Shown here one piece after another: positions 10,042 through 19,295 of a stretch of 64,000 nt of DNA (positions within the stretch are counted from its first letter, which is position 1; the number at the start of each line of letters is the position of its first letter). A program made the translations under genes and the position numbers. The stretch lies in contig CAYSFG010000024.1 in the NCBI GenBank assembly GCA_964430545.1, positions 24,534 through 88,533 of the forward strand, written 5' to 3'. Below the pieces are notes generated by a model. The model did no database searches. It was not told the DNA's origin and worked only from the letters and a program-made list of their open reading frames with translations. This stretch comes from Candidatus Woesearchaeota archaeon (GTDB taxonomy: Archaea; Nanobdellota; Nanobdellia; SCGC-AAA011-G17; GW2011-AR18).

Positions 10042-10653
10042 ATGGGTGTATTCAGTTTTTTATTTAAAAAAAAGAGTGACGAAGAGCACATAGTAAGAAT
10101 TAATAATAGTTTAAAAGGTTCTTTCTCAAATATTAAAACAGATATGCTACATTTACATAAAACTATTTCTAATCATACAATTCACACTTCAAAAAAATTT
10201 CAGGAAATAGAAGAAAGTATCAAGCGTATGGAGTTAGTTTTAGCTACATTAAATTATCAATCTAAAAAACCATTTAAAGAACCATTAACTATTACACCTA
10301 TTAAAATAGAAGAAGAAATTGAAGAATCAGATCATAATGATATTTTAACAGTACTTAATGGTATACCTCACGCAGAACTTAAGTTATTTAAAACAATTTA
10401 CGATCTTCAACTAAACCTAAATACTAAACATATTTCTTACAAATCATTAGCAAGTTATTTATATCCTGGAAAAGATTATAATTCTATAAGATCCACAATT
10501 ACCCAATTTGTTTTAAGATTACATACTGAAGGGCTTATTGAAAAACAAAGGATAGGTAAGGAGACTTATGTTTGTACAAGTAATCACGGTAATAAAATAT
10601 TAAAAGATGTGAGAATTAAAAGAATAATAAAAGATATAACACTCAAAGATTAA
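10042..10653 (+). CDS. Coiled-coil / C-terminal winged-HTH protein
   Basis: IPHAELKLFKTIYDL...SYKSLASYLYPGKDYNSIRSTITQFVLRLHTEGLIEKQRIGKETYV; shares ELKLFxTIYxL with the 8730 protein. Confidence 0.8.
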   Translation: MGVFSFLFKKKSDEEHIVRINNSLKGSFSNIKTDMLHLHKTISNHTIHTSKKFQEIEESIKRMELVLATLNYQSKKPFKEPLTITPIKIEEEIEESDHNDILTVLNGIPHAELKLFKTIYDLQLNLNTKHISYKSLASYLYPGKDYNSIRSTITQFVLRLHTEGLIEKQRIGKETYVCTSNHGNKILKDVRIKRIIKDITLKD

Positions 10654-11227
10654 ATCTTTTATTTACAATTTCCCAATCTATATTTTCAAAAAAGATTTTA
10701 ATATAATCCGTTTTATTAGTTCCATAATCAAGCATAAAAGCATGTTCAAATACATCCATCACCAATAAAGGAATTCCTCCTGCTAAATGCCCTCCATCAT
10801 GTTCATTTATCCACACATTACATAATCTTTTTGATTCTTGATCTAAATATAATATAACCCACCCTATTCCCCTAATAGTGCCAGTTCCTTTAAAATCTTT
10901 TTCCCAATTTTCATAATTTTCAAAATCTTCCTCTATTTTTTTAAATATTTTTGTATTTTGATCTAACTTTTTCCCTTTTTTTGTTAAATTTTCAAAATAA
11001 TATTCATGTAATCTCATTCCATTAAATTCCCAACCAAATCTTCTTTTAAGTTCTGCAAATTCTGGTGTTGCTATTTTTCCTTCTTTTGTCATATTTTGTA
11101 AGATGTTTAATAATTTATTTATATTTGTTACATATCCATTGTATAATGCAAAATGTAGTTTTAATAGATTATCACTTAATCCATTTATTCCTAATAGATT
11201 TGAAAAATCTTTTGTTTTATATTCCAT
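10643..11227 (-). CDS. sod: Fe/Mn superoxide dismutase family protein
   Basis: LHFALYNGYV, FNGMRLHEYYF, DVFEHAF motifs. Confidence 0.92.
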   Translation of the reverse strand: MEYKTKDFSNLLGINGLSDNLLKLHFALYNGYVTNINKLLNILQNMTKEGKIATPEFAELKRRFGWEFNGMRLHEYYFENLTKKGKKLDQNTKIFKKIEEDFENYENWEKDFKGTGTIRGIGWVILYLDQESKRLCNVWINEHDGGHLAGGIPLLVMDVFEHAFMLDYGTNKTDYIKIFFENIDWEIVNKRFNL

Positions 11228-11323
11228 ATTAATATCACAACTTTGATTAGTTATAATTATTTATATCTGTTTCTATATAGTTTATATGATTAAACTATTT
11301 AATCATTAATTATAAATTTATTA

Positions 11324-11388
11324 CTTATCGTCGATAAGATAAATCATCGTCGGTAAATAGAAAACTATATAAATAAGCTCGTCGATAA
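11324..11388. promoter_or_regulatory. Operator-like TCGTCGRTAA repeats around a TATA box
   Basis: Copies at 11328, 11347 and 11379; palindrome CTTATCG-T-CGATAAG at 11324-11338; TATATAAA at 11366-11373. Confidence 0.65.
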
Positions 11389-11433
11389 GATAAAATATTA
11401 TATTAATTAATTAAAAAAAGGAGGTGAAAATAA

Positions 11434-11556
11434 ATGGGGAAAATAATAGTAAAAAATGCAATTCAACGTAAGAAAGGATTCTTATATTATGTTGATGGCC
11501 AGGGAAATGTCTGCGAAGCAGCTATGGCACGTGGGGGTAAAAAGAAGAGAAGATAA
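11434..11556 (+). CDS. 40-aa basic protein, single-module Cc1-like chromatin protein (below ORF-track cutoff)
   Basis: MGKIIVKNAIQRKKGFLYYVDGQGNVCEAAMARGGKKKRR; strong SD GGAGGTGA at 11420; R-x-x-G-aromatic-L-Y-Y-x-D/G motif typical of Cc1. Confidence 0.75.
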   Translation: MGKIIVKNAIQRKKGFLYYVDGQGNVCEAAMARGGKKKRR

Positions 11557-11802
11557 TTATATTTTAACTTCTTAGTTTTTTTCTTTATTTTTTCTTTTTA
11601 ATTTAATTAAACTAGTTAATAAAAAACAGGATATTATTTTCACATTCATTTTAGTTATCAAAAAGTTAATATTAGCTTAGCTAAAATTTTAGATAATACA
11701 AATAAGTAAATAATCTAAAATTAGCAAGAAATCATGTATTAAATAATTTTAATATTTAATTTAATAACCTTTTAAGAAGTTTATAATAGAAGGTAGATAC
11801 TT

Positions 11803-11940
11803 ATTACTCCAGAAAAATATAAAATTTCAGTAGATTCAATAGAAGATTCAATATTTTTAAAAAAGGGTACAGAAAGACAATAAGACTTACAAGATATAAA
11901 AATACTTAAAAAAATAAAGGAACACAAATATAAAAAATAA
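11803..11940 (+). pseudogene. Nucleotidyltransferase-like C-terminal remnant
   Basis: SIEDSIFLKKGTERQ*DLQDIKILKK with an in-frame TAA where the K of an RxKD-like motif is expected. Confidence 0.4.
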
Positions 11941-12332
11941 TTGTTTTTTAGAGATAGATAATATTTAAGAGATTGTTATAGGTTTGCTCATATGGGTGTT
12001 TTTCTTACGTTTAACAAAAAGGGGGAATTATTAAAATTTTTTCAGATGACATAAAAAACAAATTACAAGGAACAGGTACAATATTTCAGATAAATCATAT
12101 CTACCTAAATCATCAAAATAACTCAAAAGATTATCTTTAAAAATTAAACTATTTCATTAGCCTTTAAACAAATTTTACTATATATATCACTAAAAAGGGT
12201 ATTAATAATGTTATTCTATAATTGTAATGGGGCTTTCTGAAAATATTGTAATATTTTTTGTTTTTTCTTAATTGATTAGTGCATCTTTTTATTTTTTCTT
12301 TAGTTTTTTTTAGTTAAATAAGTAATGTTTTA

Positions 12333-12469
12333 CACTTAGGGATACAATTTATATTGTTAAAACCAAAGTTTAATTAATACTTAAAGATTTTGAGCAAATT
12401 TTATATAAATTTGTGCACTAAGGGAGCCCTAAGTTAATAAAAATAGTAAAATATATAACCCTAAGTGCA
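12333..12469. promoter_or_regulatory. res-like inverted half-sites upstream of the recombinase
   Basis: CACTTAGGG 12333-12341, GCACTAAGGG-AG-CCCTAAGT 12415-12434, CCCTAAGTGCA 12459-12469. Confidence 0.55.
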
Positions 12470-12477
12470 TAAACAAT

Positions 12478-13245
12478 ATGAAAAAGATGGTAAACAAACC
12501 CTTAGCAGCAATTTATATAAGAGTTTCAACTGAAGAACAAGCCTTGCACGGATTTTCTTTGGCTGGACAAGAAGATACACTAAAAAATTATTGTTCTGCT
12601 TTAGGATACGAATTATTAAAAGTTTATAGAGATGAAGGGAAATCTGCAAAAGATATTAAGAATAGGCCTGCAATGAACGAGCTTCTAAAAGATGCAGAGA
12701 GTAAGAAATTCTCAGCAATATTTATTTACAAATTAGATAGGTTTTCAAGAAGCTTAAAAGATTTAATCCTAACTATAGAAAAATTAAAAGAATGGGGAAT
12801 AGATTTTATTTCCTTACAAGATAGAGTAGAAACTGCTTCTGCTTCTGGGAAACTAATGTTTCATATAATCTCTGCTTTTGCAGAATTTGAAAGAAATATT
12901 ATAGGAGAAAGAACAATTTTTGGAATGGAAAGAAAATCAAAAGAGGGCGGAGCAATAACTAAAGCGCCATTTGGTTATAAAATGATAGAAAAAGCATTAA
13001 AAGTGGATCTTGAAAAAGCTATACAACTTAAACAGATATATGAAGATTTTTTGAATATGTCTATAAGCCTAAATAAGTTAGCAATAAAAAACAATTTAAG
13101 TGTTAATGGTCTTAAGAAAATATTAAAAAATAGGGCGTATTTAGGAGAAGTAAAATTTGCAGGAAAGAATACTAAAGGAATACATGAACCGATATTAACT
13201 GAGGAATTATTTGATAAAGTACAAGAAAAGATGAGAAATTTTTGA
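12478..13245 (+). CDS. Serine recombinase (resolvase catalytic domain plus short recombinase domain)
   Basis: AIYIRVSTEEQ catalytic Ser, DEGKSAK, YKLDRFSRS, EFERNIIGER, APFGY, ILKNRAYLG. Confidence 0.93.
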   Translation: MKKMVNKPLAAIYIRVSTEEQALHGFSLAGQEDTLKNYCSALGYELLKVYRDEGKSAKDIKNRPAMNELLKDAESKKFSAIFIYKLDRFSRSLKDLILTIEKLKEWGIDFISLQDRVETASASGKLMFHIISAFAEFERNIIGERTIFGMERKSKEGGAITKAPFGYKMIEKALKVDLEKAIQLKQIYEDFLNMSISLNKLAIKNNLSVNGLKKILKNRAYLGEVKFAGKNTKGIHEPILTEELFDKVQEKMRNF

Positions 13246-13334
13246 AATGAAACTAAATAATTTAATCTTTTATTAGAATATTGAATCTTACAATTTTCAT
13301 AAAATTTTCTAAAGCTTTTAAACAAATGTATTCA

Positions 13335-13439
13335 ATGACTTATAAATCAAGATCCAAAATTTATAACATTGGAAAAGCAGAATTAATTGAATTATATATT
13401 TATGAGAAAAAAGCAACTAGAAAAATTTCTAAGAATTGA
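13335..13439 (+). pseudogene. Degenerate HTH-like fragment
   Basis: MTYKSRSKIYNIGKAELIELYIYEKKATRKISKN*, followed by interrupted sequence. Confidence 0.3.
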
Positions 13440-13535
13440 AGATTTCCAAGATGGCAATAGATATATTTAATTAAATTTAGATAAAGAAAAGAGTCAGAAG
13501 AATGCATTATAAAATTGAGAAAACAAATCCGAATA

Positions 13536-13604
13536 AATAAAGATTTTATTTTTTGATTAAAAGTTGTACACTATTAAAAATAAAGATTTTATTTTTTGAT
13601 TAAA
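13536..13604 (+). repeat. 26-bp direct repeat, two copies
   Basis: AATAAAGATTTTATTTTTTGATTAAA at 13536 and 13579. Confidence 0.85.
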
Positions 13605-13980
13605 TATTATAATTATATAAACTAATCAAATATTATGATAATAAATTAAAGATTATAATCAAAGAATTATTGCTAAATAAATTAAATTTTAATATCAAAG
13701 ATTAAATTATTTAAGCATTAACTTAATACTAAAATAGCCATAACTTATAACTAAAAACTAAATATTTTAATCCTAAATTACAACCTTAAATATATACTTC
13801 ATAATATATAATAAATAATATCATTAATAAAATACAAAATAGTTAACATACTTAATAAAATAGTAGTTATAAGATATATAATAAAAACTATAATTAAACT
13901 TTTAAAATTGATTTTAAAATTAAAAAGTGAGAGTTAATTTATTAAAAAGCTTTATTAAAAATAAAAATATAATTTTTACT

Positions 13981-14190
13981 ATGAAATTATCAAAAAAAAT
14001 TTTAAGAGATGAAATAAAAAGAATGAATGCTTCTATTTCTCAATTATCTAAAATATCAAAAAGAAAAATTGATTTAAATAAATGTTTAAAATGCAAACAA
14101 GATGCAGGCAAAAATTTTATCTTCTCTTATAAAAAAAATAATGAATTAAAAGGAAAAGTTTGTATTAGTTGTTATAAAAATAATTTATGA
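13981..14190 (+). CDS. Small CxxC...CxxC zinc-finger protein
   Basis: CLKC and CISC; ATG 13981 preferred over GTG 13927. Confidence 0.5.
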   Translation: MKLSKKILRDEIKRMNASISQLSKISKRKIDLNKCLKCKQDAGKNFIFSYKKNNELKGKVCISCYKNNL

Positions 14191-14916
14191 TTCATATTTT
14201 ATATAATAAATTAATATCCCAATAAATGCAACAATAAATGCAATTATTATTTCTAATAATAATCCATATTTTAAAAATAAGAAACTTATTATTACAAAGA
14301 TTAGAGTAAATAACCATAATATTATAGATCCAAAAAATATTTTACTTCCGTCTAAATTAGATAAAGGTAATAAGCTAAACAAAGCCATATAAAAATTTAT
14401 TTTAGTAAAGTTTACAAGATTTATACCTAATGATTTTGATATTAATATAGCTATTACAACTAATAATACATGTGTTATTACCCCACTTAGGACTATTAAT
14501 GCTTCTTCAAAATATTCTAAGAATATTTTTTTGTTTCCTGTTCTTGCAACTAATTTTTCTTTTAGTTCATGTATTCCTATTGCTGTAAAAAAGAATTTTC
14601 CTTTTGATATAAATATAAACAATATAGCCAGTATAATTCCCATAGGGATTCCTTTTTTTATTTTTCCATATCCCCCAAACCATATTCTGTTTATATTCCA
14701 AATTTGGTAAATGCTTTCAACATTTTTGCTTAGTGCAACTAATTTTATTACCCCTTCTCTTATTAGTATTGATATAGCAACTAGAAAAATTATTTTTAAT
14801 AAATTAATTAGCCAGTCTTTTAATATAAATGTTTTTGCTCCGTCATCAAATCCGAACATTAATCCTAATAATATTATAGAAATTCCTAAGTCTCTTATCT
14901 CTTCCAGTTTAAACAT
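14185..14916 (-). CDS. M50/site-2-protease-like membrane protein lacking HExxH
   Basis: Multi-TM; FSLLPLSNLDGSKI matches the NxxPxxxLDG motif, but the HExxH position reads IREGV. Confidence 0.65.
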   Translation of the reverse strand: MFKLEEIRDLGISIILLGLMFGFDDGAKTFILKDWLINLLKIIFLVAISILIREGVIKLVALSKNVESIYQIWNINRIWFGGYGKIKKGIPMGIILAILFIFISKGKFFFTAIGIHELKEKLVARTGNKKIFLEYFEEALIVLSGVITHVLLVVIAILISKSLGINLVNFTKINFYMALFSLLPLSNLDGSKIFFGSIILWLFTLIFVIISFLFLKYGLLLEIIIAFIVAFIGILIYYIKYES

Positions 14917-15035
14917 ATTATTTATATATTATATTTATATTTAATGTTTTCTAAATTATAGACTAGTATAGGATCATTTTAGTTTTAATAATTACGGTTA
15001 ACATTTATAAATAATAAAAAATTTCATTATCTGAT

Positions 15036-15868
15036 ATGAAAACTAAAAATTATTTTCCTAATATAAATCATTTAATAAAGCAAAATAGGAGTTTTGTAGA
15101 CGTAGCTAAAAACAAAATATATTATAAAGAAATTTCTGAAATATATGAATTAGTGTGTTCAAGAAATAAACAAACTAAGGAGGAAGTTATATTCTTAAAA
15201 AAATTTATTGAAAAAAACTGCAAAGGAAAAAAAGTATTAGATCTCGCATGTGGTGTGGGTAGGCATTCACGAGAATTTTCAAAATTCGGGTTTGAAACAT
15301 TTGGTATAGACCAATCCAGAAGTATGCTTAAAATAGCTAAAAAGCTAGACCCAATTACAATTTATAAATACTCAGACATTAGAAATTTTTATCTAAAAAT
15401 TAAAATTGATACAGCTTTCTGTTTATGGACAGCTTATAATTATTTATCAACAAAAGATGATTTTTTAGATTTTATAAGTTGTGTGCATAATTGTTTAAAA
15501 CCAAATGGTTTTTTGATATTAGAATCTAATAATTTTTTTAAAAATCAGATAAATTAAATTTTAGAAGAAGATTACATGAAAATCAAGATTATAAAATTGA
15601 ATTGTTTATTCGAAAAAGTATCGATCTTAAAAATAAAATACAAGATGCAATATATGTTTACTTAATCTTGGATAAGAAAAGCGGGAAAACATATTCTTCA
15701 ATAGACACTGAATTAGTTAAGATATACTCTAAAAACGATATTGAAAGATTAACAAAAGATAAATTTAAAATTTATAAAATATTAGGCGGTTATTCAAATT
15801 TTCCTTACAATAAGAATAATTCTGATAGAATGATATTTATTTTCTGTAAAATAAATAATATTTTATAA
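15036..15868 (+). pseudogene. Class I SAM methyltransferase split by a -1 frameshift
   Basis: VLDLACGVGRH in 15036-15557; the -1 frame is open from the T7A5 run (15533-15544) through ORF 15602-15868. Confidence 0.75.
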
Positions 15869-15902
15869 ATTCATGAATTTGAGTTTTTTATATCACAAAT
15901 TA

Positions 15903-16535
15903 TTATTTATTATAAGTAATGTAATGATTAGTTATTTTGTCTCTAATAAAAGCTAATCCTTTTGTATTATTTATCCATATTGCTATACCGTCAACTTTTT
16001 TTGTGCAACTTGAAGTATTTTGTAATTCAAAATTATTTCTGCTTGTTATCATTACTACATCTTGTGATGTAACTATTAATTCATTTAATTCATTAAATAA
16101 ATGTTTTACTGAAAAGCTTATAATATATTTATTGTTAATTGTTTCTTGTCCATTTTGGTTATATAATACATAATGGCCTGTTGTAGGGCTTTTTTTGAAG
16201 ATATAATTATTTAGGTTTGTATCTTGGAATAAAACAATACTTGATGTTGGAGTCCCTCTTCTATCCCCAAGTGCTAAATTTCTTCCATTTGTTGATTCTA
16301 TTATTACTACACTTTGTATTGTAAAAAGTCTAGCAGTATCATCTCTATTATATAAATCCAAAAAATCAACTCTTACGCTATAATTATCAAATTCTATAAG
16401 ATTTGGATGGCAATATGTAGTCTGTTGTCTTTGCAATGTAAAAAACCCTGTTAAAAAATTTGCCGAAACAATTTGTATTGATAAAAACAAAATTAATAAG
16501 AATGGTATAATAATCTTTGTTTTTAATTTTTTCAT
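15903..16535 (-). CDS. Secreted hypothetical protein
   Basis: N-terminal signal peptide. Confidence 0.65.
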   Translation of the reverse strand: MKKLKTKIIIPFLLILFLSIQIVSANFLTGFFTLQRQQTTYCHPNLIEFDNYSVRVDFLDLYNRDDTARLFTIQSVVIIESTNGRNLALGDRRGTPTSSIVLFQDTNLNNYIFKKSPTTGHYVLYNQNGQETINNKYIISFSVKHLFNELNELIVTSQDVVMITSRNNFELQNTSSCTKKVDGIAIWINNTKGLAFIRDKITNHYITYNK

Positions 16536-16613
16536 AAATATTCTTTTCTTTTGCTATTTATTAAGATTTATATATATATATATATTAGAGAATATACTTA
16601 TAAAAGTGTTTTT

Positions 16614-17285
16614 CTAATTAGATTTTTCTAAATTTTTTATATCATTTATTATTTCTATTTCATGTCCTGCTCCAATAATAGCAATAATGTTATCGTAATT
16701 TTTCATTATTAAGAATAATTTTTTTGCCATGTATTTATTTCTTTCAGTAATCAATACCTTATAGAAATTTGGATATTTTTTTTTTATTTGTTTTAATAAT
16801 TTTATTATTAATTCTTTATCAGGAACTTTATTTAAGTCTATTTGTATTTTATTTTTTATAAAAGGGGATTTTATTATCTCGAATAAAAATGTGAATTTTT
16901 CTTTCCATGTTATTTCTTTTGAAAATCTTTTTAATGTTATTTCAATATTTTGGTCTATCAATGCTACTTTTATTCCTAATTTAACTGCAGTATTATATGC
17001 AGTTATCATTTCTTCTCCAGGTATTACCCCAACATACTTTCCTAATTTATGTTCTGCATAATGCCCTAGTTTACCAAATAAATATCCCTTGATACCAATT
17101 TGTCTTATTGCTTTTATACTTAATTTTCCCTTTTCTTTTGTTAATAATCCCTTTAGTCTTCTTTCGTCAAGTTCTAAAGTTACTATTTTTGGTTTTAATT
17201 TTATTATTATTTCTTCTACTTCTTTTATACTTTCTTTTGAAATATGTGATGTTCCAACCAAAACTAGATTTTTATATGTTTTCAT
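16614..17285 (-). CDS. TraB/PrgY (TIKI) family protein
   Basis: LVGTSHIS, LELDERR, PGEEM, LIDQNIEITL, ITERN, IGAGH motifs. Confidence 0.9.
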   Translation of the reverse strand: MKTYKNLVLVGTSHISKESIKEVEEIIIKLKPKIVTLELDERRLKGLLTKEKGKLSIKAIRQIGIKGYLFGKLGHYAEHKLGKYVGVIPGEEMITAYNTAVKLGIKVALIDQNIEITLKRFSKEITWKEKFTFLFEIIKSPFIKNKIQIDLNKVPDKELIIKLLKQIKKKYPNFYKVLITERNKYMAKKLFLIMKNYDNIIAIIGAGHEIEIINDIKNLEKSN

Positions 17286-17460
17286 TAAAGGAACATTTAC
17301 ATAAATATTAATTAAACTATTGGTTTTATACCAGAAAATATATTTTATGTAATATAAATGAAATAATTATACTTTTATATTAGTTATCCCGCAAAAGAGA
17401 AAACTATATAAACTTAAAAAATGTGAATAGAATATTAACTCGCTTGAAGGTGATTAAAAG

Positions 17461-17739
17461 ATGTTAAAAACAAGAAAAGTAACTGATGTTTTTGGAATGC
17501 CAGTATATACTGATGATGGATATTATTATGGTGATATTGAAGAAACTATAATCCAAAGTAATAGGGTTGTTGGTTGGCGTGTTAAAGCAACTAAACATTC
17601 ACAATTAACAAGAGTCTTAACTGGTGCTAAGGGTGTTACAGTCCCACATAATTTAGTTAAGTCTGTTGGCGATATTATGATAATTTCAAGTTCAGCTCTT
17701 CCTGCAGAAGAAATGGAAACTGCTGAAGAATTAGCTTAA
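17461..17739 (+). CDS. PRC-barrel domain protein
   Basis: VFGMPVYTDDGYYYGDIEE...VKSVGDIMII. Confidence 0.87.
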   Translation: MLKTRKVTDVFGMPVYTDDGYYYGDIEETIIQSNRVVGWRVKATKHSQLTRVLTGAKGVTVPHNLVKSVGDIMIISSSALPAEEMETAEELA

Positions 17740-17810
17740 TTCTATTTTATTTTTTCAATTCATTTTTTTTATTAGAAAGAGTTATATAGTAATTTAATTA
17801 AAATTTACCT

Positions 17811-18076
17811 ATGTCAATTAATAAAATATTAAGCAAAGAAAAATTTCAAATATTAAGAAAAGATTTAGAAGGAAATAATTTTTTCTTTAAAGAAAATAAT
17901 TTAATAGCTAGAATAAAAATAAATGCAATAACAGTTTTTTTATAAAAGAGAGGATATTAGATTATAATTTAGGTATTGGCGCATTAAGCATTCATAATAA
18001 AACAATAGATAATTTACCAGAAGAAGCAAAATTAAAAATAAGATCAGCATTAAGTAAGGTTGGAGTAAGAGAATAA
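17811..18076 (+). pseudogene. Small unannotated gene split at T TTT TTA TAA
   Basis: Frame 0 MSINKILSKEKFQ...ITVFL* (stop 17943-17945); -1 frame continues IKERILDYNLGIGAL...KIRSALSKVGVRE*. Confidence 0.4.
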
Positions 18077-18164
18077 AAATTATAATAAATTTCTTTTAAC
18101 TAAATATAATTTTTTATCACTTAAAAACACAAATCTTATATACTAATTATTATATTTTCTACTT

Positions 18165-18737
18165 ATGGTTTCCCCTTTGCAAAATGCAGTAACTTTCTTT
18201 AAAGAGTTTGGTTTATTTGATGTAGTATTGCCATTCTTATTAGTTTTTACAATAATATTTGCTATTCTTGAAAAAACAAGGATTTTAGGAACAGAAAAAG
18301 ATCCTAAAGACAAAGATATTTCAAGAAAAAATTTAAATGGTGTTGTTTCTTTTGTTATTGCTATGACTGTTGTTGCTACAAATAAAATTGTTATGGCCAT
18401 AAATACAGCCCTTCCAAATGTAGTTTTTTTAGTTATAGTATGTGTCTCATTTTTAATTTTAATCAGTGTATTTTTTGGTACAGGTGAATTAAATTTTAGT
18501 GAGAATGACAAAACTAAAACTTATGCTAAAATTTTTATGATTGTTTTATTAATTTTAATAATTGTTATCTTTTTAAATTCATTAACATTAAATAGTGGTG
18601 AGTCTTGGTTAGAATATGGGGCTAGTTATGCTCTTGACAATATTAGTGGGCCTGTTGTTACTTCATTGATTTTCCTTGTCGTTGCTTTAGGTGCTATATT
18701 TTTTGTTGTAAGTTCAAAAGGGGGTAAAAAAGAATAA
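18165..18737 (+). CDS. Multi-TM membrane protein, paralog 1 of 3
   Basis: GLFDVVLPFLLVFTIIFAILEKTRILG motif. Confidence 0.8.
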   Translation: MVSPLQNAVTFFKEFGLFDVVLPFLLVFTIIFAILEKTRILGTEKDPKDKDISRKNLNGVVSFVIAMTVVATNKIVMAINTALPNVVFLVIVCVSFLILISVFFGTGELNFSENDKTKTYAKIFMIVLLILIIVIFLNSLTLNSGESWLEYGASYALDNISGPVVTSLIFLVVALGAIFFVVSSKGGKKE

Positions 18738-19294
18738 TGGTAGTTGATTTTAATTTTGGTGATACTATTCAGGTTTTAAAAGATGTTGGTGTCTTTGAGT
18801 ATGTTTTGCCTTTCTTACTTATATTTTCTATAATCTTTGCTATTCTTGAAAAAACAAAAATATTAGGGAGTGATAAAACAAATATTAATATTGTAGTTTC
18901 ATCTGTTATTGCTTTATTGGTTTTAGTTCAGCAAGGGATTGTTGCGACAATTAATTTATTTTTACCAAGAGTTTCTTTAGTTATTGTAGTTATACTTATG
19001 GGTTTATTGATAATTGCTATGATTTCAGGTAAAGAATTTACAGGATTAAAAGGCGGAGTATTTTCTATTGCTGTTATTTTAATAATAATTGCAGTTTTGC
19101 TCTCAGTATTTTTACCTGAAGATAGTTCTGGTATTTATATAAGCCCACAAGATAGAAATTTATTAATTAATATTGGTATTCCATTAGCCGTATTTTTGAT
19201 TGCTATAGCTTTAGTTGTTCAGAAACCTAAAAAAGAAGGAGAAGAAGGAGTATTTTCAAAACTTATTAAAGGTATAGAAAGAGGAGCTAAGTAA
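18737..19294 (+). CDS. Multi-TM membrane protein, paralog 2 of 3
   Basis: GVFEYVLPFLLIFSIIFAILEKTKILG motif. Confidence 0.8.
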   Translation: MVVDFNFGDTIQVLKDVGVFEYVLPFLLIFSIIFAILEKTKILGSDKTNINIVVSSVIALLVLVQQGIVATINLFLPRVSLVIVVILMGLLIIAMISGKEFTGLKGGVFSIAVILIIIAVLLSVFLPEDSSGIYISPQDRNLLINIGIPLAVFLIAIALVVQKPKKEGEEGVFSKLIKGIERGAK

Positions 19295-19295
19295 T

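Noticed and set aside
13536-13604. Mini-CRISPR
   Set aside because: Only two AT-rich copies with a 17-bp gap
5121-18076. Alternative genetic code or stop readthrough to explain broken genes
   Set aside because: All conserved genes translate intact with the standard code; the breaks are frameshifts or isolated stops in accessory DNA
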